NCBI RefSeq assembly: GCF_006345805.1
Contig: NW_021833283.1
Span: forward strand, 1 to 64,000
Direction: 5' to 3'
DNA: 64,000 nt
Origin: Octopus sinensis
Taxonomy: Eukaryota
Position numbers and translations under genes: made by a program
In this document: positions 13,797 to 27,486 of the stretch, one piece after another
Position numbering within the stretch: position 1 is the stretch's first letter
How the letters are laid out: every line of letters begins with the position of its first letter
The notes under the pieces: generated by a model
What the model saw: only the letters and a program-made list of their open reading frames with translations
What the model was told of the DNA's origin: nothing
Database searches by the model: none

Positions 13797-14178
13797 CTAG
13801 CAGTATCGCCCGGCGTTGCTCGGGTTTTGTAAGGGAAATAACTATATAAGCATTTTTAGAGATGTAAAGTATAATAGCCATCTCAATATGGCTAACCACA
13901 AAAGTGTTACTGTAGCTTTGAGATTTAATAATAAATTTTTAGAGAGTTACTTCCCTTATATATGCCAAAAATGCATTAAAAATGGGAAAAATTGATGGTA
14001 AATTTTTAAAAAATCGTAGACTCATGGTAGACGCGCGCTAATACCCAGAAGGGCTCGATATGAATCCCGACTATAAGATACCCGGTTTTGATTAAACTGC
14101 ACCGCAAAATGTGGGAGTAGTTAGGATTCTAAATCGTAGGAGACAGACAGCACAAAACCTCACTTTTACATATAAAGA
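13797..14178 (-). mobile_element. Non-autonomous Helitron
   Basis: On the minus strand it reads A|TC...CCCGAGCAACGCCGGG hairpin...CTAG|T: 5' TC, sub-terminal GC hairpin, 3' CTAG, inserted at AT with no TSD. Confidence 0.85.
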
Positions 14179-15217
14179 TGTTGCTGTTAATGCCATAAAA
14201 TCTTTAGATTTTCTTCTCTCACAGAGTATAAAAGCTGAATATTTGTACACCGTTCTTCCTGCTGTTGTCCTGTAATTTTCTGTCCTATTTGCGGGATTAA
14301 TATTAATTTGGTAACTTAAGTTTGGATCTCCAGATAGATTTCTATTTCTAAACGCACAACTGCAAGACCTTGTCAACGATTTAACGATGATTTAGAATTA
14401 CCACCAAAATTGTAATTGCAATTCAATAAGTTATTGGACACGAGCTTTTACATTTATGTGGCGCTTCTACCTGGAAATTCATTTACAGGAAGGTGTTACA
14501 CTGAAAATTAATGACTCCATATTCTGAATATTTGGTGTGCTGCTGAACTTACAGATACGTTTAATGAGGTTCATTACACTTGGAATTCCTTCTACAAATG
14601 TTTCTTCATATTATATGAAGAATGGTAGATTGCCAGAATCGGTAGAGCGGTCCCTAATATTTTGCGTTCAGTTACTGACGAAATCAGCAAGAAATATAGC
14701 CGGAACCGAAAAAATAACGTACTTTCTAAGCACTGAGGTTAATTGATACGATATATTAATTCCTTTCTCAAAATTACGTAACCTAATTAGAGGTATATTT
14801 TAAGATAAAAGAATGTGAGTTGAACTGTAATACAGGCCATTGTCTGATGTTATATGTAATCTCGTTCAGTCTAAAGGATATCAGTGAAAATATTTTCAAT
14901 AAAGCACAGTTCTTTTGTACAGTTGTGTCTGCAATCAAAATAGTTGGTTTTACAATATCAAATAACTGATGTCATGCAAGTTTTGTTAATATGTTACATA
15001 AGTTATAATTGATTGCATTATTTCATGTTAACCAATACCGGGAGATTGAGACCGAAATGATTGACTTAATGTATCAGTTCATAAGCGATATGAGATTCGT
15101 TTTAAATGAACATACAAGTAATAAGAATTAGTGAGTAATATCATCGACAAAGAGTAACGCTTGGAAATATATGCATATGCTCATATGTATATACACGCGC
15201 AAACATACATACATACA

Positions 15218-15249
<32 letters not shown>

Positions 15250-15255
15250 CATACA

Positions 15256-15288
<33 letters not shown>

Positions 15289-15291
<3 letters not shown>

Positions 15292-15396
15292 ACGTGACTG
15301 ACTAGACCATCAGGTGTTGCTACACATCGCTGGTCACAATGCGTTCGCATTGTTTTAGCCTTCGAATGATGCCACGCCGCTGGCTAAGCGAGCAGG

Positions 15397-15400
<4 letters not shown>
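15289..15400 (-). mobile_element. Short interspersed-repeat fragment (probable retroelement 3' end) inside (TA)n
   Basis: A sharply bounded 110-bp GC-richer cassette between two TA tracts. Single copy in this window; orientation is a guess. Confidence 0.4.
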
Positions 15401-15454
<54 letters not shown>

Positions 15455-15486
15455 CATATATATGCTCACGTATATACATATAAATA

Positions 15487-15554
<68 letters not shown>

Positions 15555-16539
15555 GCATACAAACGAGCACACACACATGCATATATAAATGTGGTTAGAA
15601 AAAGTTCTGGGGCAATATATAGTGGTTGAAACGTGTAAGTGTTGTGAGGTTCAGTTTTTTACTGAGCATATATAAATTGAAATAGATGACAATCTATCTC
15701 AAGTGTTTTATAGACCGAGGTCATCGTATTCATACAATTTACGATGCACCATCCATTCAAAATACATATTGAGTGCATGAACGCATGCAATGGTTTAAAT
15801 GTACGTGGTTAGACACTCCTTGAAAACAGGTACAATCGAACTGACGCATCGGACTTGAAGCAGGTCTGCTGACTTGCACGTAATAGCATCTGGACCTACC
15901 TCGAAAGAGACCTTTAGTTCTTTAATACACACACGCACACACACATAAAATAAGTTAAAAACATAATAAATGAACAAACAATCGGACAAAAAATGTACAA
16001 AAAACAATGTGCAATCAAACAAAAAATGTAGAAACTGATGAGGATGTAGCGACATATAGGGTCGCTAAATCCTCATCAGTAATCGACCAAAGGATCAGCG
16101 CGATTTTGCGCCTTTAAATGATGATATTGTTCCGCATTGCTGATGGTACCGGTAGCAATGAGCCGCCGGGAATTGGCGAACCAACGAACAAGGGACCAAT
16201 CCCTTGAAAAGCAACAAACAAACAAGAATTAAACAAATATGCAATATGAAAGTGAACATACAAACATGAAATAAATGTGGTTCAAAAGAAGACCGTTAGT
16301 GGACAGAGAGGAAAAAGCAAGACGAAATGAAGACATACGGACAAACTGAAACAGATAAATAGACAGGAGAGGAAAATATACTTAAATCCAGGAGGAATAT
16401 CGTAAAAGATTAGAAACAGAAGGACCACAGAGACATAGCGAAACGTATTAAAAGTGGGAAATGAGAGAAATTACGACCAGTCGTTTCGGCGGTCGGCGGG
16501 AAAAGGTAAAAACAGGGTAAGAGGTGTCGATAGTTACAT

Positions 16540-16625
16540 GTAGACAGATAGATAAATAGAAAGACAGACAGACACAGAGGCAGGTAGATAGAGAGACAGG
16601 GATACAGACAGACAGACAGATAGAT

Positions 16626-16681
<56 letters not shown>

Positions 16682-16850
16682 GGATGGATGGATGGATGGA
16701 TGGATGGATAGAGAGATAGATAGATAGGTAAATAGATAGATAAAGGCCCTAAGGGTAAGTCGAATGAAGCAGATCAAGATATAGTTTGTGAACACATAAA
16801 AAAAGCAACATTAACTACAACTACTGCTACTGCTGCTGCTACTACTACTG

Positions 16851-16900
<50 letters not shown>

Positions 16901-16954
16901 TCAACTTCAACCACCACCACCACCACCACCACCACCACCATCACCACCATCACC

Positions 16955-16986
<32 letters not shown>

Positions 16987-17006
16987 CATCACCACCACAA
17001 CCACTC

Positions 17007-17039
<33 letters not shown>

Positions 17040-17124
17040 TCACACCACCACCACCACCACCACCACCACCACTACTACTACTACTACTACCACCACCACC
17101 ATCACCACCACCACCACCACCACC

Positions 17125-17194
<70 letters not shown>

Positions 17195-17212
17195 TTACTA
17201 TTACTACTACTC
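16540..17212. repeat. (TAGA/CAGA/TGGA)n followed by (ACT/ACC)n compound microsatellite
   Basis: Read directly. Confidence 0.95.
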
Positions 17213-18346
17213 GCACCACTACAAATAGCAACACCGCAAACGCTGACATTGCCATCATTATTGCAACTACCACAAGCATTATCATTGTTCTCAATGCTGC
17301 TGGCATGGCCCCTTACAATCATCACTAACACCAGCACCAGTTCAACCACCATCGCTAAAACTACCACTGTCAACACAACTACAACACCAATTCTACAACT
17401 TCCACTACAACCACCACAGCGCATATTTCATCGTGAATATGCACATTCCACTCCGAAATTTAACACTACGCATACCATCGAAAATTCTACCAATTAAAAG
17501 CAAAAACGTAAGGAGCCGCTCCATTGAGCTACTCGAGTTGCTAGAAGTAGCAAACCACTCTCAAACAGCGCCGATCTTACTCAAATTAAGAAGGATCCAC
17601 TGGACAATACAGTATCCGATATACGAGCATGACGGGTTGGTTAGCAGTATTGGAGAAGCGTATTTGCATTGGTAGTGTTGTTGTTGGTGGTGGTGATGTT
17701 GATGTTGATGTTGATGTTGAGCGAACGGTCTTCGTCGCAGAGCTCGCAAGATGGGGGAAGTCCGAAACGTGGTCCTTTTGCTATTCGTAAGACCCGCAGA
17801 AGAGAAAGCAGGTCAACCCCCGACACCGAGAGCATCGACGGATGGATGAATGCGCATCCAGGCTCAGCGGTTGCGTAGGAATGTTGTTGTTGGTGGTGGG
17901 GGTGGTGGGGGTAGGGTTGAGGGGGATGGTGGGGGTGGGGGTGTGGGGATGGTGGTGATGGTGGTGAGGGTGGTAGCTCTGGTGGTCAACGTAATATTCA
18001 TAGCTGTGGTAAGGTTAATAGCATGAGTTGCCAGAGACATAGTATCGGTGGTAGTGCAAGTCATAGTTGTAAATTGCATGGGGATAATAGTGATGGGAGT
18101 GGCTGATGTTATAGTAGTTCCAGTTGTAGTGGTGGTAGTGGCGGTTGTAGCTTCAGTTAACTTAGTGGTAGTCACAGAGGTAGTGTTGGTTGTAGCATAG
18201 TAGTGGTTCTAATGTTATTTGCTGAGGAGTGGTGGTTGTAGGTGTAATGCTAGAGTTATTGTTGTTGTTGGTCGTAATGGCGGCGGTGATGCTGTTGGCG
18301 ATGGTAGTGGTGGTGGTGGCGGTGCTGTTGCTGCTGGTGCTAGTGC

Positions 18347-18377
<31 letters not shown>

Positions 18378-19464
18378 AAGCAACAAGACGGGTAAGGGTG
18401 ATTAGGTGATGGTTTAGGGCTTAGATGCGGGAAACCCCAGACCTTGTAAAAACAAAAAAAAAACTTTGGTCGTCTTGTTGTAGTCGAGGGCTCTCCGTTG
18501 ACGCCCGACACCACTGGGAGGTGGTCCTCGAATCGCTGGAAATGGAGATCTCCAGGTCCAAATTCTCGGAGGGCTGGTGCTGCAGCTGGTGGCGGTGGTG
18601 AGTCGGAGGTGACAATACTGGTAGTGGTAGTAGTAGTGGTGGTGGTGGTGGTGATGGTAATAGTAATTGTAATGGTGGTGCTATTGGTGGCTGATATACG
18701 GTCAGCTTGACCAGGAGCTGACCCTAAGCAACTACAACATCAGCCAACGTTATCAATTCTAACATCATTACCACTACACAAGTTAACACCACCATCACCT
18801 CAATCACAACCATAACCTCTACCGTAATCATCATCGTCAATGTGATCGGTGTCGTCATTGTCATCATCGTCATTATTATTCTTACTTCATTTGGTGCCAT
18901 CGACACCATAATAACCATATTCACTACCATCACCACCATCAACAACAACAACACTACATGCACCCCGTCAACACCATCAACTCAATACTACGTTGATTAC
19001 CACATGCAATAACACCGCCTTTCTCACCACATCAACACGCCAGCACCATCGTCACCACCATCATTAGGAACACCATGACCAAGTATAACGACACCACCAC
19101 CTCCAGTGCCACCAGAACATCCTCAATTAATCCTTCTGTCTTTGCTATTTCAAACACCATCCACCCAAACCAATACACCACCCATCATCCGCAAAGACTC
19201 CACCCTATACCGCAGTTATTACCCTAACCAAATGGAGCATAATACGAACACCTCACACCCAATTACATTTACTCATTTATTTATTAATTTTTTTTCATTT
19301 TGTAATTCGCTGCTGTTGTTTTTCGTTAATGTTATTGAGTAGATCAAAAGCGAATTTACTATTTTATTGGAACAGTGGTAATTTTCGTTATTAACCTTGG
19401 GTGGGTAAACGAATACATACATACATACATACATACATACATTCATATATACATATATATATAT

Positions 19465-19500
<36 letters not shown>

Positions 19501-19580
19501 ATATATACATATATATTTTACAGACATATATATGTATACATAAACACACATGCACACGTACTTACATTCATACATACATG

Positions 19581-19630
<50 letters not shown>

Positions 19631-19647
19631 TATATATATATATATAG

Positions 19648-19767
<120 letters not shown>

Positions 19768-20053
19768 ACAACAAACAAAAGCGAAGATTTTAATGAAAAC
19801 ACACTAAACCATAAATACAAAATAAAAGCAATAAATGTTAAGGTTTTTTGCCTCCATGTTTCTCTTTTTTGTTTTCGAATGTATTTAGTTTTTAGTGTTT
19901 TTTTAATTGATTTCATTTCTTGGCACATTATATCGCTGATGCAAGAAACAACAATTATAATCATAAGACCGTGTCAAACAACAATATCATCAACAATATT
20001 ATTACAATAATACATTAATAAATAATAATAATAATAATGATAATAATAATAAC

Positions 20054-20104
<51 letters not shown>

Positions 20105-20847
20105 TTTTCTAACGATGTAAGATACAACAGCAGCAACAGCACCAGCAACAGAGGCTGCAGTAGCAATGGTAATGGAAATAATGGCTGAACACAAATAGAA
20201 AAAATGAAGCCGTCAAAACATTACCAGACAAATAGATAAATAAATAAATAAAATCACATTAAAAAAGAAAAGAAACGGAAAAGAAAACAATTAACAATGG
20301 ACAAGGTTTTATTACGTAACAAGAGAATGATCCGACTATGGTGACCCTAGGTGTTCTGCCGATATACTAGAAATAGCAGTCAAATTTTTCGGGAGTCTCA
20401 AAGAAAAATGAATGGATTTGTAGAGCATAGCTAGAATGTCTTTGGGCATTGATCAATTGAGCCAAAAAAACAGCAACTCTAAAAATAACCCGTTGTTGGC
20501 GCAATAGTAATTGCAGGAATATTGGGAGAATTATCTGAGGAATCGTTTGTATCTTCATCCGATCTGCAATGTGTGAATCTGAGATAGAAATATGTTGAAT
20601 AAAATCATAATTAACAGATCTTCCTGTACTTTTTCGTTTACACAAAGCCAAGAACATTTCAAACACCCCCACGTGTATAATTACCAGTATTTGCAGAAAT
20701 ATAAAATGCTCGTTTGGCCATCTCCACTAACCCTTCAAATCACTTTCATCAACGCTTCAAACTATTCGCAGGGAAAAGCATCAATAGTTGTGTCTATTTG
20801 TTTACTGCATGAATACGAATCTATAAATATGCGAAATCATAAACATA

Positions 20848-21260
20848 GGCGCAGGAGTGGCTGTGTGGTAAGTAGCTTGCTTACCAACCACATGGTTCTG
20901 GGTTCAGTCCCACTGCGTGGCATCTTGGGCAAGTGTCTTCTGCTATAGCCCCGGGCCGATCAATGCCTTGTGAGTGGATTTGGTAGACGGAAACTGATAG
21001 AAGCCTGTCGTATATATGTATAGATATATATATGTATGTGTGTGTGTGTTTGTGTGTCTGTGTTTGTCCCCCTAGCATTGCTTGACAACTGATGCTGGTG
21101 TGTTCACGTCCCCGTCACTTACCGCTTCGGCAAAAGAGACCGATAGAATAAGTACTGGGCTTACAAAGAATAAGTCCTTGGGGTCGATTTGCTCGACTAA
21201 AGGCGGTGCTCCAGCATGGCCGCAGTCAAATGACTGAAACAATTAAAAGAGTAAAAGAGT
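20848..21260 (+). mobile_element. SINE family D (tRNA head, CORE-like CTTGGGCAAGT, internal TA/TG microsatellite, AGTAAAAG tail)
   Basis: A box TGGCTGTGTGG and B box GGTTCAGTCCC. A full inverted copy lies at 50007-50417, with worn pieces at about 5340-5480, 27860-28030 and 46570-46800. Confidence 0.9.
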
Positions 21261-21867
21261 ATATATGCTTACTCTTGATTATAGTCTATGACCTTAGGTC
21301 AAATGCTAATCGTACTCATCAGATTTTTCAAAGCCTTGTAAAAGAATTCGGAAGCTTGGGCCTCCAACCAGGCCTTTCGCGATAGCCTTAGAATCAGGAA
21401 CGTTTCAGCATCCACTCGTAGTAATATTTGATAGTAATATATGACTTTATGAATATGTATGCACATCCGTTCGTAAATATGCGTTTTGTCTTCAGAATAT
21501 TAAAAAATTTCGTAAGCGTTATTCCTTTCAGAAAGACAAATTGCAAATACAATAACACCTTTTCAGTGAATTCTGACAATCAAAGTGTATTTGAAAGCCT
21601 ACAGTAGAGATGGAACAACTTGGTAGATTTTAGATTATATAATAAATTTGTCACTCGTTTGAACAACACAGCTTATTCTTTATGTGTTTTCGCGCCGCAT
21701 TTATTGAAACCATCCTGCTCAGGACGACTGTCTAATAATAATGGTTTGAGGGCGCTTGTCTAGTAATAACACTCTTTTACTAGGCTTAGAGATCCGAAAA
21801 TTGTTTTATCCACTGCGCTACCTACCAGTATTAACCGAACAATAAATGTTTTGTTAGCTTTTATTTC

Positions 21868-22086
21868 TATTTCTTTACTACCCACAAGGGGCTAAACACA
21901 GAGGAGACAAACAAGGACAGACAGACGGATTAAGACGATTATTAAGTGCGTAACTGGTCCTTAATTTATCGACCCCGAAAGGATGAAAGGCAAAGTCGAC
22001 CTCGGCAGAATTTGAACTCAGAACGTAGCGGCAGACGAAAGACGGCTTTTCACCCGGCTTGGTAACGTTTCTGTCAGCTCGCCGAC
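21868..22086 (-). mobile_element. SINE family C monomer
   Basis: Matches 12716-12945. 17-bp TSD TTGTTAGCTTTTATTTC at 21851-21867 and 22087-22103. Confidence 0.92.
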
Positions 22087-23125
22087 TTGTTAGCTTTTAT
22101 TTCATCTGCGTAGAAAATCGCTCAGTATTTTGTATTACTGCATCACTTTCCAGTTGCATAGCATTCGCACTACATACTGGAGGGAGCTTTATTGCCACGA
22201 ATACCGTAAGTATTGACATAAAAGTAAACAATTTGAGAGGTGGGGGCTAGTCAATATCATCGACTGCAGTATCTGATTGATATTTCATTTTATCGATCCT
22301 GTTAGGATGAAAGCACATTTAACTTCGGCGGTATTTGAACTCATAATATGACGATCCAGAAAGAATGCTACCGAGAGAAATGTTTCTAAGTTCAAACAAA
22401 AATCAACTGCAATATGTATGACATTATACCGTTTATCACGAAATTCTTTGCTCTGTGCTGTTTTGCACAACTTCTACAAAAAAAAGTCATTGGCAAGACG
22501 TATGAATCTTCAGGTGACATAATGAAATCATGACTGAGGCAATGGGTCAACGAAGAAATCTCCAGGCTTGTTGTTTACTTGCAGGAAATATCGGTTGCAT
22601 ATGGATTCTGAATAGAAGGAAGGAGACTGTGGTAGAATGGACACGCTGGATGCTGCAGTTCAAATGTTTGTATTAGTGTGTATATGTGCATATATATTTG
22701 TTTGCATGTGTGTGTGTGTGCGCGCGCGTGTATGTGTGTGTGTGTGTAGGAAATAGTGGCACAACAAGGTACCAATTTTAGCTGGAAATTGGTATTTGTT
22801 GTGCCATTATTTTCTATTTATAATTCTACCTTTACGATGCTTTATTTAACTGGAAAATAATATTTATTGTATTATGATAATATTTATATGTTGACATGTC
22901 AAAAAGAGTTGCAGCAACAATAACAATTGCAAAGAGAATGCATGTATGTTGCTAGTCGACTAGTTAGAAATACTAGTTAGAAATTTGTCTCAAATTACCG
23001 TCTTATAAAATTACATGTCGTGTAATGTGGTACAAGGTTCTCTGTACACTGGAAAAAGCAGGATTGTCAAACCTCAACAAGAAACTGTTGACACAATAGA
23101 TAATATCATCCTATACAGAACATGT

Positions 23126-23249
23126 GTGAAGGATCATAGCTCAGTGGTCAGAGCGTAGAGTTTACGAACTAGAGGTTGTGAGTTCGATTCCCGGACAAGG
23201 CTGTGTGTTGTGTTCTTGAGCAAGACACTTTATTTCACGTTGCTCCAGC
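23126..23249 (+). mobile_element. Truncated tRNA-derived SINE head (family E)
   Basis: A box TAGCTCAGTGG and B box GAGTTCGATTCCC, followed by the SINE body motif GTGTTCTTGAGCAAGACACTT. It does not close as a tRNA cloverleaf. Confidence 0.7.
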
Positions 23250-24825
23250 AATTTAGAGAGGAGGAGATCAATCATTGTAACAGAAACAACACGTTATAAA
23301 CAATCGCAACAACAATAATGGTAAGGATAATAGCAGTAGGAAAAGAATCAAGAATGCAAAACAAGGCACCATAGCTTCTTAGGGGTCACTCGAATTAGTG
23401 AATATAGTTGTCAAATATTCTTCAATAATATCCCACCGCTATGGAAAGATTCATAGATGAAATATTTTCACGTAGGTGAAATCTGCTTAGAAAGAGGAGT
23501 CGATAAATGGGTATTGATTGATGTTTCATATTATAGACCCGGAATGAAGAAAGGAAGGATTGACAAGATAAGGTTAGAACTCAAGAGGTAAAGTTTCAAG
23601 TGATCCTGTAAATCCACCATTGTTAGGAGATACTAGTCAATATGTTCTTTGCCTTGCTTCGCGTTGTGCCTTCACATGCCGTTGGAGTTGTAAGACGGTC
23701 TCCATGGCTAGGTGATTCTTTTTTTTTAACTTGTAGACCTGTCAGAGTTCATTCTTCCTTATGAATGACAAAAATCAATTTCTCTCAGACAGAAAGGGTG
23801 GGCAAGTGAGAGAAAGACAATGAGAAATAAAAGGGACACAGGCAGAAATAAAGAGCTATAGACAGAAAAGAATCGATTCCAATAGAAGGTTATTAATTTA
23901 ACTACCCAGAAAGGATTAAAAGGTAAAGTTGTGTTCTGTGGTATTTGAACACAGAGAGGAAACACCAGGAACAAATACTAAAAAGCGATCTAACTGACTC
24001 CGCCAATTTGCTGCCTTAATGAAATCCTAGTTATAATGTAAGCCTGAATGGACCGCATTTAGTGAGAACCCTTCTGGATGAACATTGACCAGGTCTAAAC
24101 AGCGAAAATAACAACAACTATAACTAGCAGTACTAATAATAACACTAAGGCTAATAGCGTCAACGACAACACTAAGAACACATCAAGAATAACGTTAGAA
24201 AAAACGGCATCAGCAGCACCAGCGACAGATGTAAGAACAAGGAGAACACATTTAATGACAAAATAATGTATAAGAAAGCATAGCTAACCAAAGCTACCTC
24301 AAACAGCAAGTCAAGTATTGGAAGAAGGAAAAATAATGGATACATGTTTTTAAAAAATATATATATAGCGACAGTAAGAGCAGAATAAGATAACACCAGG
24401 CACAGAAACAACAATAACAGCAACAACAGGAACAACAGGAACCATTATGACTATGAGAACAAATCACAATAACAACAACAGCAGCAACAAATTCACAGCA
24501 ACCACATCAACAAGGCGAACAATGTATGAGACGAAGGAAAATAATAACGTAAAGAGGAATAAGATATCATCATCATCGTCATCAACAACAACAACAACGG
24601 CAGCAACAATAGCAACAACAGCAATAACAACATGGACAACAGCAGCAACAACAACAAAAGAAACGAGCCATTACAAAAATAACCACAAGAGCCCACAACA
24701 ACCCATCTGTACGCATGTGTGTTACTAGAGTTTGTTTATACGCACACAACGACACACAGACAATTATATGATTTTTACTACATACATACATACATACACA
24801 AATATATACATATATATATATGTTT

Positions 24826-24856
<31 letters not shown>

Positions 24857-24871
24857 GTGTGTGTATATATA

Positions 24872-24920
<49 letters not shown>

Positions 24921-24930
24921 TAGATAGATG

Positions 24931-24967
<37 letters not shown>

Positions 24968-25240
24968 TAGATAGATAGATATACCCATATGTATGTATGT
25001 GTATGTATATGCACATTATATGTGTTCGTGTGTCTATTTCGCATATACATTCATATATTCATATCTATATACCTGTATGCAAAAACAAATTAGACTTCCA
25101 TTCGTGTATATGTATGAGTGTGTGTGCGTACGTTAGTGTGTATATGTGTGTATGCGGGTGTGTATGCATATGTACATACATGCATATATATATATATATA
25201 TATTGTATATTATATATATGTATATATATACATATATACG

Positions 25241-25271
<31 letters not shown>

Positions 25272-26138
25272 TATATATATATATATATATATAAATGTAT
25301 ATATATGTGTGTATAGGAATATCTGCCTGCGTTAAGTACTTATATATATATGTATATATGTATATATATACACACGTATATACAAGAATATGTATCTACA
25401 CACATAGGCGCGCGCGTGTATCTTCACCTTCTAACTCTTCCCTCCACTTTCGTAATTCTATAAGTCTTTGTTTCAAACGAAGCTATTATACACATGAGAG
25501 GTGCCATTATCTTCCATTCTGTGTCAGCTTATTCATTTAGCTTTCCGTCTCATGGATCATGGATCAAAACTGAACTACTGTATGTGGGGTTTATTCCATT
25601 AATGGCTTAAGTCTGGAAAGTGTGTATGGAGGGTGTAAGAGTAGTGATTGCGGTGGAGGTGGTGGTGCTGGCGGTTGAAAGACCGCTATGCTGTTATGCT
25701 GTTGTTTTTCTTATTGTTCTTCTTAAAGATCATCTATCGCATTGTATGGAAGATTGAAAGTGTAACATTTCTTGCGGCGGACAAAAAAAAAAATATATAT
25801 ATAAAAATCATACGCACACATCTCCATACACTTTCACTTCTACACGAACTGTAAAGCACACTCTCACTCTTAGACCTATACACACTCTTTTTCTCTTACC
25901 CACCATATATGTATGTGTTTATGTGTATAAGCGCGTATATGCATGTATGTATGGGCATATGAATGTATGTATGCGTATATTTGTGTGTATGTGTATATAC
26001 GTGCATATACATATATCTATGCATGTACGTATATGTATGTTGTATGTATGTATGTATGTATGTATGTATGTATGTGTATATATGTATGAATATATATATA
26101 CACACATACACCAATGCATGCATATTTATATATATATG

Positions 26139-26171
<33 letters not shown>

Positions 26172-26263
26172 GTATATTATATATATATATATATAATTAT
26201 ATTATATATATATATATACATATAATATATATATATATATATAATATATATATTATATATATA

Positions 26264-26303
<40 letters not shown>

Positions 26304-26707
26304 ATACGTGTATATGTGTGCAGGCACATCAAAGCGAGTGTGGCCAGTTGGCCACGCTTTCGATAGTTCTTTAGAGACCTATGTAGTCTCTAACAAACAT
26401 GAGCTCTTCTCGATTCTCCAAAATTTCAATCAATACGATATGGGTGGTGTGACATTTGCGAGATGAGATAACAGCACCAGTATTCAGCTGGTACACATTA
26501 TCAGCTCAGTAGACTAGAGTAACGTGAAAGTATTTAACATACTCAAGGCTACAATGGAACTCGAGGTCAGGAAACGATCAGCGATTTTATGAACATGGAA
26601 CACAGGCGCTAGGCCACACATCTTCTCATTAGACAACAAAGAGCATAAGCGTTCTGGATCTTTGAACGTGACAAGAGAATTGAGTAACTATTTTAAAATA
26701 TCAGTAC

Positions 26708-26802
26708 CTGAGGTATAAATACAACAGATTGCCGTCACGTATATTTTGTTGCTGTGACATGAAGACACACATGCCAAGGATACACACACACACGCACAGA
26801 CC
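26708..26802 (-). CDS. Candidate internal exon encoding a hydrophobic, Cys-rich segment
   Basis: Acceptor after a long pyrimidine tract (...TTTTTTTATGTTACAG) and donor CAG|GTACTG. Open as GLCVCVCILGMCVFMSQQQNIRDGNLLYLYL or as VCACVCVSLACVSSCHSNKIYVTAICCIYTS. Confidence 0.3.
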
Positions 26803-27189
26803 CTGTAACATAAAAAAAGAGTGAGAAAATGTGATTAAGAGGGAAGCTGAGTTCTGGGAGGGTGAGATTGACGGGGAAAAAGGAATATTTTGTGTTATTT
26901 GCATAAAAAATGCAAATATTAACAGAATTACATGAACTGCACTGTGTCTAAATTTACCGAAATATAAATACTAAAACCTATCATTATGCTTCTGCAAGGC
27001 ACTGTTAGGGGACATGTGATTGTCGCCTCACATGTCTATGCATACTAAGACACGGAGATATATGCATATATATATATATATATATTTATTATATATATAT
27101 ATATATACACCTACATACACACATATATATATATATGTGTGTGTGTGTGTGTATACACATATGTACGTACACACACATATATTGTCGCT

Positions 27190-27486
27190 GTTTCTTCTCG
27201 AGCCAAGCCTGTCTCATAACGGCCGGTTTTCCGATTTCCTTGGCGTATACGTTCCCTACCTGCACGGGACGCCGGTCAGTCACAGGTAAGCTGCTAGATG
27301 TAGGAGGAAAGAGTGAGAGAAAGTTGTCCTAAAGTGTCAGGAGAAGTTCGCAATTACATTCCGCCGCAGCTGCCTGGAGCTTAGGTGTTTCGCTCATAAA
27401 CGCGCACATCACCCTATCTGAGATTCGAACCCACGCTGCCTGGACCGCGTGTCTGCTGCTCTAACCATTAGGCCATGAGCCTCCAC
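27190..27486 (-). mobile_element. SINE family B copy (diverged)
   Basis: Reverse complement of 29904-30212. Confidence 0.85.

Noticed and set aside
14092-14376. Protein-looking minus-strand ORF
   Set aside because: It runs into the Helitron end and has no family motif or splice support.
16034-16080. Complete hammerhead ribozyme at the palindrome
   Set aside because: CTGATGA is present but no GAAA/NUH follows stem II on either strand.
16115-16200. Possible C/D-box snoRNA (ATGATGA ... CTGA)
   Set aside because: There is no terminal D box or closing stem at a suitable distance, and no guide sequence that I recognise.
17864-18175. Formin- or mucin-like Thr/Pro-rich ORF
   Set aside because: It derives from ACC/ACT triplet low complexity that is ubiquitous here, and has no splice signals or domain.
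25541-25579. 39-bp candidate micro-exon (FRLMDHGSKLNY); similar cases near 23738, 35608 and 53769
   Set aside because: Only splice-like words support them, and these are expected by chance in 64 kb of AT-rich DNA.
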